This document shows, one piece after another, positions 1 through 9,403 of a stretch of DNA of 43,134 bases (the first letter of the stretch is position 1; every line of letters starts with the position of its first letter). The notes below the pieces were generated by a model. It made no database searches, was not told the DNA's origin, and was given only the letters and a program-made list of their open reading frames with translations. The stretch is from Dimorphilus gyrociliatus (Eukaryota; Animalia; Annelida), in assembly GCA_904063045.1 (NCBI GenBank), contig CAJFCJ010000005.1, forward strand, positions 4,469,933-4,513,066, given 5' to 3'. The translations under genes and the position numbers were made by a program.

Positions 1-18
1 CCTAACCCTAACCTAACC

Positions 19-59
<41 letters not shown>

Positions 60-197
60 CCCTAACCCTAACCCTAACCCTAACCCTAACCCTAACCCCT
101 AACCCTAACCTAACCCTAACCCTAACCCTAACCCTAACCCTAACCCTAACCTAACCCTAACCCTAACCCTAACCCTAACCTAACCCTAACCCTAACC

Positions 198-238
<41 letters not shown>

Positions 239-350
239 CCCTAACCCTAACCCTAACCCTAACCCTAACCCTAACCCTAACCCTAACCTAACCCTAACCT
301 AACCCTAACCCTAACCTAACCCTAACCCTAACCCTAACCCTAACCCTAAC

Positions 351-387
<37 letters not shown>

Positions 388-457
388 TAACCCTAACCCT
401 AACCCTAACCCTAACCCTAACCCTAACCCTAACCTAACCCTAACCTAACCCTAACCT
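1..457 (+). repeat. Terminal telomeric array (CCCTAA)n, i.e. TTAGGG on the minus strand; left chromosome end
   Basis: Tandem CCCTAA from base 1 with scattered CCTAA, CCCTAAA and CCCCTAA variants; the C-rich strand at the 5' start is the orientation expected for a chromosome end. Confidence 0.98.
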
Positions 458-806
458 TGAAAATTTAAAAAAATTAAAAATTTTAAAAATGATTAATTGT
501 GAAATTAATAAAGTTGAAATGAATTTTTTTTATTTAATATCAATACAAGAAATTTATTTAAATAAGACAAAAATTCCATTAAAACATTTCACAGTAATGA
601 TTCAAAGACTTACAGATATTCAACGCATTGTAAGTGATCAATTTCAAATTTGTTGTTCAATTTCAAAATTACACTTGAGTGAAAAAGTTGAGTGCTTGAC
701 TAAAAAACAATTGTATCTAACTTGCAATGACGTCATCCATTTAAATATTTTAAAAGTTATAAGTTGGATTTTGTCAATTTTTGGCATCTGTGGAAACATA
801 ATTTGA
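458..806 (+). pseudogene. 5'- and 3'-truncated fragment of an LRR-containing GPCR (GRL101/LGR-like): last LRRs, hinge and TM1
   Basis: The frame reads ENLKKLKILKMINCEINKVE...SDQFQICC...C...LTCNDVIHLNILKVISWILSIFGICGNII. This is collinear with the paralog at 17143-18384 (TKLQYLDLSKCKINNIE...SDYFELCC...C...SSCGDLLQSRLIRILLWIINITSFIENIF). It ends where the repeat at 808 starts. Confidence 0.85.
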
Positions 807-807
807 A

Positions 808-1050
808 AGGTTACCCTCTAATTACTATAGAACATAGGGTCGAGATACTGGTAATAGAGTCTAAGGCTGCCAGTCAGCCATCCTCACCTACCACCGTTAA
901 CTCCAAAGCTCCATAGCTCAGCAACCGCTGGGCCGATTTCGTTCAAATTTTGCACAGTTGCTCAGTTCAATTAGATCTAGCACTGTGTAAAATTTCATAA
1001 CGATCGGAGCAAGTTGAAATTTCAATTTTCGTCAGTGGTCGACTTGCTTT
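808..1050 (+). mobile_element. Non-autonomous repeat with internal palindrome (DINE-1/Helentron-like or MITE-like), copy 1, CpG-rich
   Basis: Starts AGGTTACCCTCTAA and shares collinear blocks with 4921-5145. Imperfect inverted repeat CCGATTTCGTTCAAATTTTGCACA (933-956) / TGTGTAAAATTTCATAACGATCGG (984-1007). Family assignment is from recollection only. Confidence 0.55.
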
Positions 1051-1099
1051 ACTGACCACCAAATAGGTGATTTGTTGCGAGATAAAGTGTGGGATTGAC

Positions 1100-1922
1100 N
1101 NNNNNNNNNNNNNNNNNNNNNNNNNNNNNNNNNNNNNNNNNNNNNNNNNNNNNNNNNNNNNNNNNNNNNNNNNNNNNNNNNNNNNNNNNNNNNNNNNNNN
1201 NNNNNNNNNNNNNNNNNNNNNNNNNNNNNNNNNNNNNNNNNNNNNNNNNNNNNNNNNNNNNNNNNNNNNNNNNNNNNNNNNNNNNNNNNNNNNNNNNNNN
1301 NNNNNNNNNNNNNNNNNNNNNNNNNNNNNNNNNNNNNNNNNNNNNNNNNNNNNNNNNNNNNNNNNNNNNNNNNNNNNNNNNNNNNNNNNNNNNNNNNNNN
1401 NNNNNNNNNNNNNNNNNNNNNNNNNNNNNNNNNNNNNNNNNNNNNNNNNNNNNNNNNNNNNNNNNNNNNNNNNNNNNNNNNNNNNNNNNNNNNNNNNNNN
1501 NNNNNNNNNNNNNNNNNNNNNNNNNNNNNNNNNNNNNNNNNNNNNNNNNNNNNNNNNNNNNNNNNNNNNNNNNNNNNNNNNNNNNNNNNNNNNNNNNNNN
1601 NNNNNNNNNNNNNNNNNNNNNNNNNNNNNNNNNNNNNNNNNNNNNNNNNNNNNNNNNNNNNNNNNNNNNNNNNNNNNNNNNNNNNNNNNNNNNNNNNNNN
1701 NNNNNNNNNNNNNNNNNNNNNNNNNNNNNNNNNNNNNNNNNNNNNNNNNNNNNNNNNNNNNNNNNNNNNNNNNNNNNNNNNNNNNNNNNNNNNNNNNNNN
1801 NNNNNNNNNNNNNNNNNNNNNNNNNNNNNNNNNNNNNNNNNNNNNNNNNNNNNNNNNNNNNNNNNNNNNNNNNNNNNNNNNNNNNNNNNNNNNNNNNNNN
1901 NNNNNNNNNNNNNNNNNNNNNN
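1100..1922. other. Assembly gap (N run); may hide the gypsy LTR/gag
   Basis: Run of N. Confidence 1.
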
Positions 1923-2315
1923 TCATTTATTACAGAAAAAGAAATCAGGTTAATGGATTCTAAATTCATCAAGAAAGAAACCACTGCCTTACCAATCATC
2001 ACTTCAGCAGAGGGAAATGCTTTAAAGATAAAAGGAAAAGCAAAACTGAATATTCAATTTAATGGAAGAATTATGGAACAAGAATTTTTTATTATGGAAA
2101 AACTAGATATGGCTATAATACTTGGTTGTGATTTCCTAGAAACTGCTGGAGCTCTTATTGATTTTGCAACAAAACAAGTTTCTCTGCCATTGTTTATCAG
2201 AAAAGGACAACCAGTTAGAAAGTTTTTGCAATATAATGAAAATCACCAGACAAAATTTGGAAAAACAAGGCAGTGTAAAAAAAGTAACTGTTGGAATGAT
2301 GGGACAGTATGTTAA
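1923..2315 (+). pseudogene. Retroviral-type aspartic protease, C-terminal part
   Basis: ITSAEGNALKIKGKAKLNIQFNG...FFIMEKLDMAIILGCDFLETAGALIDF; the N-terminal DxG motif would lie in the gap. Confidence 0.85.
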
Positions 2316-3990
2316 AGATTCTGACATTCCATCTGAAGTTTCAGATAGAGTGGACTCAGAAATGGAAGTTACTGATCCAGATACTGGCTATGATACAAGC
2401 AACACTCATGGTTCAAGCATAGCTTATGAGGGATTCAATGGTTTTGATTCAGATAGCAATTATGGCACAGATGAAAGTTCCAGTACTTCTGAAAATTATG
2501 ATACAGAAACAAGTATTGAATCAGATCACAGCCCAGACTCAGATTTGGATATAATCAATGGTACAAGCTCATCTGAAGATGAAATTAGTGATTCAAATGA
2601 TTCTGATAATGGTTCACTGATTGTTATAGATTCATCTGAGGAAGAGTTTGATAACATAACTGAGCCTGATAATGGTTCAATGATTGTTATAGACTCATCT
2701 GAAGAAGAGACCAGTAACACAGTTGAGTCTGATAATGATTCAGTAATGGTTAAAGACTCATCTGATGAAGAGACTGGAAACACACCTGAGTCTGACAATG
2801 GCTCAGTTATTTTCATAAATTCATCTGAAGAAGAAATTGAAATTACATCTGAAGACTTAGCTACAGAAATGGAAATGAAACCACAATACATAGAATTAGA
2901 AGATGGAATAAGTATCAAAGTGGAAAAAGAACAAAAGAAACTTCCAGTAACTCCTGAAATAGAAGAATTACAGTTGGAAAGTATTGAATTTGAACATTTG
3001 TCTAATCAAAATGTACACAATAGTAATTCAAATACACTAGAAATTGACAATTATTTACATGTGTCCAAAAATAATCTTGACAAGAACAGAGAAGAATTAA
3101 AAGAAATGATAAAGAATTATGAAGACATCATTGCTACAAATCAAAATGACATTGGTTCACCAGATGTTCCACCAATGGCAATTGAATTATTGGAAGATAT
3201 AAAGCCTTTCAAACAAAGATCATGCAGATTGCCACCCAACAAACAGCAGGAATGCAGGGATCAATTAAATGGATTATTGGAAAATGGTCTAATTAGAGCA
3301 AGCAAAAGCCAATGGGCTTCACCCATTGTTTTTGTTAAAAAGAAAGAAGGAACATTAAGAATGTGTGTTGATTACAGAAAACTTAACAAGCAATCAAAAA
3401 AGAATTGCTACCCAATCCCACATCAGGAAAATTTATTTGATAAACTTGGAGGAGGACACAAGTATTTTTCTATATTAGATTTAACAAGTGCATTTCACCA
3501 CATCCCCATCAAGGAGGAGGACAAGGAGAAAACTGCTTTTATTACACCATTTGGTTTATTTGAATTCAAACCTTTTGGTTTGGCAAATGCACCTTCACAC
3601 TTCAGCTATATTATGGCAAATTTTGTTATTAATGGATTGGAAAACTTTTGCATTAATTATATGGATGATATTATAGTTTTTATCAAAACATTGGAAGAAC
3701 ACTTTGTAGCTCTACAGAAACTTATGGAAAGAATCAAGGAAAAAGACTTTAGAATTAAACTGAGCAAATGTGCATTCTTACAAGAATCAGTTCAATTCCT
3801 TGGTCATAGAATTACACAGAATGGTATTGAAACTGATCCTGAAAAGATTCAGAAAATAAAAGATGTCAAATTACCTATGTTTGCAAATACTCTGTTGAGT
3901 TTTGTGGCATTTTGTGGTTATTATAGAAGATTTGTTAAAGATTTTGCAAAAATCACAAAACCTTTGAGAGAATTATTAAAACTACATTGA
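2158..3990 (+). CDS. Gypsy reverse transcriptase preceded by a long Asp/Glu/Ser-rich spacer
   Basis: SQWASPIVFVKKKEGTLRMCVDYRKLN, LDLTSAFHHIP, TAFITPFG, PFGLANAP, YMDDI, KCAF, FLGH, YYRRFV. Confidence 0.95.
   Translation: MILQQNKFLCHCLSEKDNQLESFCNIMKITRQNLEKQGSVKKVTVGMMGQYVKDSDIPSEVSDRVDSEMEVTDPDTGYDTSNTHGSSIAYEGFNGFDSDSNYGTDESSSTSENYDTETSIESDHSPDSDLDIINGTSSSEDEISDSNDSDNGSLIVIDSSEEEFDNITEPDNGSMIVIDSSEEETSNTVESDNDSVMVKDSSDEETGNTPESDNGSVIFINSSEEEIEITSEDLATEMEMKPQYIELEDGISIKVEKEQKKLPVTPEIEELQLESIEFEHLSNQNVHNSNSNTLEIDNYLHVSKNNLDKNREELKEMIKNYEDIIATNQNDIGSPDVPPMAIELLEDIKPFKQRSCRLPPNKQQECRDQLNGLLENGLIRASKSQWASPIVFVKKKEGTLRMCVDYRKLNKQSKKNCYPIPHQENLFDKLGGGHKYFSILDLTSAFHHIPIKEEDKEKTAFITPFGLFEFKPFGLANAPSHFSYIMANFVINGLENFCINYMDDIIVFIKTLEEHFVALQKLMERIKEKDFRIKLSKCAFLQESVQFLGHRITQNGIETDPEKIQKIKDVKLPMFANTLLSFVAFCGYYRRFVKDFAKITKPLRELLKLH
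2539..2853 (+). repeat. 63-bp (21-aa) in-frame tandem repeat, ~5 units, xDNGS[LMV]IVIDSSEEE
   Basis: Units start at 2539 (degenerate), 2602, 2665, 2728 and 2791. Confidence 0.9.
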
Positions 3991-4365
3991 AATGGACAAA
4001 AGAAGCAGAGGAAGCTTATGTAAAAGAAGACCTTGTATGGTATCTAAATGCCTGTCAATCACTAATAGTAATCCCACAATCAACTCTAACCAACTTACTT
4101 GGACAAATTCATCAACATCACCTATTTGAGCACTATGGTTTAGACATAACAATTCACACTTTGGAGCAAGCTTTCTGGCACCCCAAGCTAAAGAAAACAA
4201 TTAAAGATCACATAAAGAGTTGTGAATTTTGTGAGCAGTTAAGAGCACCGGGCAACAAACATCTGTTGGTTGAAACACCTCACCCAACTTTACCAATGCA
4301 AAGAATAGCTATGGACATAAAGGGACCTCTGACTGGACATGATTCTTACAAGTATATACTTGTAT
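3987..4365 (+). pseudogene. RT connection fused to integrase zinc-binding domain and start of catalytic core
   Basis: KWTKEAEEAY then LIVIP...HQHHLFEHYG...FWHPKLKKTIKDHIKSCEFCEQ...PMQRIAMDIKGPL...YKYILV; truncated at a (TA)n tract. Confidence 0.88.
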
Positions 4366-4376
4366 ATATATATATA
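4363..4376. repeat. (TA)n microsatellite at the gypsy truncation point
   Basis: TATATATATATATA. Confidence 0.8.
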
Positions 4377-4496
4377 TTGTACATAACATATGTTAACATT
4401 TGTACTTCAACCAAACAGATGTCCCCACACTGTGCAACAATACAGGGCTCTACTAATGTCATGTGTATAAGCCAAAACTTGTAAACTTTTCCCATT

Positions 4497-4536
4497 TTTA
4501 CCTGAGGAAGGCTACTTACAGCCAAAACATTGTAAA
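4497..4536 (+). ncRNA. Decayed minimal type I hammerhead ribozyme of Penelope-like element type
   Basis: Stem I TTTAC/GTAAA, core CTGAGGA, stem II GGCT/AGCC, then CCAAAACATT where the consensus is CCGAAACGTT (two CpG-to-CpA changes). AATAAA follows ~10 nt downstream. Confidence 0.75.
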
Positions 4537-4634
4537 CGTTTTTTTTAAATAAAATAAACATTTTTAACTTACAGAAATATTAACTTCTTGAAAGAACTTA
4601 AGGTCAAAAGACTACTAAACAACAACAATTGTTA

Positions 4635-4800
4635 CCTAACCTTCAACTGGAACCCTAACCTAAAAAGGATACAAAAGGTTACATTCCACAATAAAAAGGA
4701 AAAGTTGCTACTAGCAGTTCCTATAAAATACAATCATCAAGACCTGATCTGGGAGTGTTTTGTGTGTGGCCTCAACCCAACCAAACCTAAACCCTAACCC
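4635..4800 (+). repeat. Degenerate interstitial telomere-like motifs
   Basis: CCTAACC and AACCCTAACCTAA (4635-4663); AACCCAACCAAACCTAAACCCTAACCC (4774-4800). Confidence 0.55.
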
Positions 4801-4920
4801 ATGCAAATAGGATTGGCCATATATGTACACAGGAAAGAACATAGAATTGAATCTAGGTCTTCCTTTGATACATTTTATGAGAGGCTACTAATAGATTGCT
4901 ATACCTGCAGTTACTTGAAC

Positions 4921-5145
4921 AGGTTACCCTCTAAATTGGTGTAGAACATCAGTGATGAATACCTAATCTTAAGGCTACAGCTGCCAAATATCAGGAGTAG
5001 GTGTAACAACCACTTGCGACCTGCGTCTTTTTCAAACCACCATAGCTCCTAAATTTTGTACATAGATTTGTTCGTATTGGGACTAACTCTGTACCAAATT
5101 TCATAGAGATTGGAGCAATTTGAAAATTTCAATAATTTTTTTGGT
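4921..5145 (+). mobile_element. Older, diverged copy 2 of the repeat at 808-1050
   Basis: Shares AGGTTACCCTCTAA, TAGAACAT, TAAGGCT, CCATAGCTC, AAATTTTGxACA and AAATTTCATAxxGATyGGAGCAAxTTGAAA in the same order. Confidence 0.6.
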
Positions 5146-5421
5146 CAACTCACAAGTGGAGGACACTTATATTCGACCTGTGGTGTACAACTTTGGTTAT
5201 ATTTTACATGCTTGAACTCTATTCTTTTATGCAACATATATATGTACATCTTAAAACCTACGCAAGAAAATGCTATAACATTGGCCAAACATAAGTCTGA
5301 TTAGTCAGCTTGAAGGCTCATCTTTAATTACCAATAAAGGTTTGGCCAAGTTATAATTTAATTAACTTACCTAGGGTGTGGCCAAATTATAATTCAATTA
5401 ACCTTCCTAAATGTTCAACCT

Positions 5422-5781
5422 TGTAACATCCTCTTACCAAAGAAAAATATGAACTACACATTTCTGCAACTGTAAAGTGATAATTGGATGTCAGAGGCAA
5501 ACCTCAAAGTATATAAATCCTCACTATTCTCATTTGGCATGCAGCTTCCATCTGGACCCAAGGACCTGGGAGAATCATCTGGAAACAACCTCCACTGGAA
5601 CCATCCATCTACTCCTGAACATTAGAAGACAGTTTGGTAATTTGGCAACCTGCTTTTACAAACTATCTACTCTGCTATCGAACTCTCATATTGTTACTTG
5701 CTTAAGTATTATTATTGTGAATAAACTGTTTTAATTTAAACATTTGTTTAAAGGTTCGAGTAGAACCAGTATTGTTATAAC
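5422..5781 (+). mobile_element. Possible solo LTR
   Basis: Begins TGTAAC, has a TATA-like GTATATAAA and AATAAA, ends GTTATAAC. There is no terminal CA, TSD or PBS, so support is weak. Confidence 0.25.
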
Positions 5782-6065
5782 TTGCAAATGTATAGATTTT
5801 GCCAGCAACAGCAGTAGAGTGAGTACATCAGGCCTGTCAATAATCAGTCTGGTGGTAATCATACTGCAGCCTTTCAACTCACTTGAAAAAGGGACAATTA
5901 GTCCCGAAATATTGTGAGGGTTTTAGCCAGATGACATTGTTAGTTGCTGCAGCACAGGTTCTCTTCACCCTTGTTGAGAATTTGTGATTGGGATACTGTT
6001 AGAGACACAGTGACAGCTTTGGCTGGGGAATTGCAACTTTAGATAGCAACTCCTCAATAGCTACA

Positions 6066-6175
6066 CCAACCCTTAACCAAATCTTGGTTGTAAGTGTGAG
6101 TGCACTTTTTGGGATTACCAGTCTGTACTGACTGTGCTAATCCCTAACCCCAAGACCCAACCCTTACCCTAACCC
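6066..6175 (+). repeat. Degenerate telomere-like motifs
   Basis: CCAACCCTTAACC and CCCTAACCCCAAGACCCAACCCTTACCCTAACCC. Confidence 0.45.
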
Positions 6176-6813
6176 ATTATCAATTCTTGTTAGCAACACA
6201 ATACAGTTTCCGTTTAATATTTGATAACACATCAAACATAATGGCTAAGTGCTGGTTGCATCTGAAAAAAAATTAATAACTCACAAAATGAAACTTTGGA
6301 TATTTCATACCTTGAAAACACTTAATATGACAGGTTTTAAAGCAAAGACAATATTTGCCTTTGATTTGGTTTTCAATGAATTCATCTTGACAAATATAAC
6401 ATGTATTGTCCATGTTTTTAAACTTGGGATAGTTTTCTAGAAAACTTGGGAAATAATTTATATTAACAAAATACCAGAAATTAGCAATTATCTATAGTAT
6501 ATACATTATTCAATAAGAGAAATCAAACAGTCAATTTTATGACAAATCATGCTTTGTAATTAAAGGTTTGTACAATAGTAAAAAAAAAAAATTTAAATAC
6601 ACCACATTAGGCAAAAAAGGTAGTATAAATTTATGTTAAATAAATCATTGACTGCTTATGAACAAATACTCCATTTTAACCTTAAAAAAACACTTTTTAT
6701 TAAAATTCCTTCTTACCTCAGCTTATTTTATCAAAAGTGTGAATTAAAAATCTTTTTATTACTATGAAGAGTTATCTAAAAGCTTTTTGTCACTTTGTAA
6801 ATTTTTTGTTTTT

Positions 6814-6838
6814 TTGTGGACATTTTCTGTCTGAACCC
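6814..6838 (+). mobile_element. Isolated right TIR of the MITE family at 11919-12125
   Basis: TTGTGGACATTTTCTGTC identical to 12103-12120. Confidence 0.65.
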
Positions 6839-7421
6839 ATAAATTTATAGATTAATAAATTGTAATATTAATGCTAGGTTATAAATAGCAATATTCTGTA
6901 TATAATTTAATAGGTTTTATTGCGGCACAATATGTATGCACTGCCCTATGCGAAACTAGGTCAATACTGCTTATCTCTATCAGTGCTATCTGCATAGTAC
7001 ATTACTGGTTCAATACTACTTCTCTATTGTAGGGTATAGCTGACGAATGTATGTGTACAAATCTTATATAGTGATTTTTAAATTTGAACAATTCATTCAG
7101 TTTTGTCAAAGTACAATCAGTGAAACAAGAACTTCACTTCCTTAAATTTTGTTATTTCTCCAAAACCTTTAGAACAGCTCAATACAAAATCAATATTTGC
7201 TGGTTTAATCATTGCTAGCAATGAAGGGTAATTGGTGGAAAGTAGCAGGAAGAACATTATTGATTGTAAAAAAGTTTTAGTGGTATGAAAAAAATTTTTT
7301 TTGTAATACCTTATTGTTTACCAAGATAATATTATATAAAGGGGCAGTAGCTACTGAATCAGGGCAGTTGAGTGTTATGTCTTGGAGCAGTTAAAAACAT
7401 TTCTTAACTATTTTAAACATA

Positions 7422-9403
7422 ATGGTAGGTTTGAAAAATAATAAAAATAAAAGAAAAAATGTTTCTTGTATTAGTAACCTTGGTGTTGTGTTTCTTTTAG
7501 TTAAAAGCTTGTGTTTTTGTTGGAGTGGCTACTTTAATTGCAGCTGCAATTGCAGGTTTAACTGTTGGTCTTTACTTTGGTTTGATCAAAGACAAGGGTA
7601 AGAGTTTGTGTAAAAATTTTATTTCAAATTTTTTATTTGACTGACTGATTGTTTCTTATTTTCTTGTAATTAGGAAAAAATGAAAATGCAATATACAAGA
7701 GTAAGTTGATTTTGATTTGAGTACATTATTGATTTAAAGGTAATATTTTACCTTTCTCAAATTTTAGCCACAGTTGAAGTAAACATGATTTTGCAAAAAC
7801 AGTATAGTTTAGCATACCGAGATGAAACATCAGATTCCTATAAACTTTTGTTGAAAGATATTCACAATGCTGTTAATGAAAGTTTGTGGACACCTGGATA
7901 TTCTCAACTAAACACTTTTTCTGGTATAAGAAGTCTAAGATGCTCCAGAGGCAGTATTGTTGCTGAATATATTGCTGTTTTTGAATCAAAAAAGAGACCT
8001 GTAGAGAAAATCAGCAAAAGTCATTTGATTGACAAATTTGAAAAATCAAAAATCAATAGATTTTCAAATTGGGAAAAGTTAAGATTAAAGAGTTATAAAA
8101 TTGGTAATGTTAATCACAATTTTCCACAAGAAACCTTAACAACAAAGTCATGGATGCAAACAAACAAACCTTCATTTACAACAAAGTCATGGAAGAAATC
8201 AACCAAACCCTCATCTACAACCAAATCTTACATTGATAATGGTAACTTTTTGAAAAATATAAATAACAAACAGGCAGACTCTGATTTTTGACATGAACTT
8301 TTTTTAAGGTGCAAATCCACTAGGTGTATCTTGTGCAAAAGTATTGCCTAGAGTAAAAAGTAGAATTGTTAATGGTCAAGAAGAAAATATTGAAAATATT
8401 CCTTGGCAGGTTGAGTTCAATTTTTATCATTTTCAATTAATGTTCATTAAAACAAAAAATAATTGACAAAATAGGCTTTTTTGTATGTTAGAAGCAATGG
8501 GAAAAACTACTACTGCGGAGCAGTGATTATCCATCCATACTATGTATTATCAGCAGCCAGCTGTATTAAAGATACTAAGTGAGCAAATAGTGTTTTTTTT
8601 ATATTAAAAAACTGACCTTTAAATTGATAAAATCCTCTTTTCACAGAGTTAAACATTATTTAACCTTTGGAGCTGATGATCTTCAATGGACTTTTATAAA
8701 TATATTTCATGCTAAAAAAATTTGGATACATGAACATTATAATCCAAAGACTTTTGAAAATGATATTGTACTTTTGAGAGTTGACACAAAAATTAATTTT
8801 AATAAAAAAATTCAACCTATTTGCTTACCAGAAAGAGACTATGGAATAAATGAAGGGTTTCATTGCAAAACAAGTGGATTCGGTTCGACACGCACAATAA
8901 GTAATTTTCCAAAAGATTTATTATATCAAAAAAAAAGAATAAATGTGTTTTTTTTTCTCTATATTTATAAATCAGGAACAAATACCAAACTTTATTCAGC
9001 AGCTCAATACTTATTTTCAAAATCTTTGTGTGAAAACCACTTTAACCTAATAAAATATCCTGAGATGATATGTGCTGGAGGTTTTAAAGAGTTTTATCCA
9101 GGAATTCCATGCAGTGTAAATCTTAAATATCAGATATTATCTAAAATTCTAAATATATATTTGAATGCTAGGAGGATGAAGGAGGGCCTTTACATTGTAG
9201 AAAAGGAGATTATTGGAGACTTTTTGGGATAACAAGCTTTGGTTCGAAAGGATGCACTGGCAAAGTTTCTGTTTTTACCAGAGTGAGTTATTGTTTGTTT
9301 TTTAATATTTAAATTTTCTTTTCTTTGATTTTTTGAATAGGTCTCACATTATGTAAATTGGATTAAACAAAAGATTACTAATGATAATACAACAACTACT
9401 TGA
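7422..9403 (+). CDS. Type II transmembrane serine-protease-like protein (TM - SEA - Thr/Lys/Ser linker - trypsin domain), predicted catalytically inactive; multi-exon
   Basis: TM VFVGVATLIAAAIAGLTVGLYFGLI (exon ~7501-7598); SEA with RGSIVAEY (7785-8240); activation site KSR/IVNG, IPWQ, CGAVIIHPYYVLSAASC, NDIVLL, MICAG, EDEGGPL, WRLFGITSFG, VFTRVSHYVNWI; GT-AG introns; stop 9401-9403. The start codon is inferred. Confidence 0.85.

Larger units (their letters stand above)
1923..4365 (+). mobile_element. Ty3/gypsy LTR-retrotransposon pol relic (PR - acidic spacer - RT - RNase H deleted - partial IN)
   Basis: Protease C-half (AIILGCDFL), RT motifs, integrase HHCC and core start, in gypsy order PR-RT-IN; frameshifts near 2240-2310 and 3990. 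Confidence 0.95.

Noticed and set aside
1-457. CCTAA variants as an arthropod TTAGG or mixed telomere
   Set aside because: CCCTAA dominates; the variants are single-base homopolymer indels like those seen elsewhere in this assembly.
967-2315. Long ORFs made of X residues (also 23065-23475)
   Set aside because: Artefacts of N gaps; only the 1923-2315 protease part is real.
2526-2918. Minus-strand 130-aa Ser-rich ORF and similar antisense ORFs (e.g. 26100-26447, 29027-29329)
   Set aside because: Shadows of repetitive or coding sequence on the opposite strand, with no independent motifs.
808-5145. The two AGGTTACCCTCTAA repeats as the gypsy LTR pair
   Set aside because: Only patchy similarity, no TG...CA ends, no PBS or PPT, and very different CpG content.
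5800-6060. Possible gag zinc-knuckle remnant on the minus strand
   Set aside because: CCHC spacing is not recoverable and stops occur in the frames I read.
7035-7070. CTGACGA-A-TGTA..TACA as a second hammerhead
   Set aside because: GAAA core, stem III and stem I partner are not recoverable.
4380-7200. Penelope/Athena RT ORF near the hammerhead
   Set aside because: No PLE RT or GIY-YIG motifs found in any frame.
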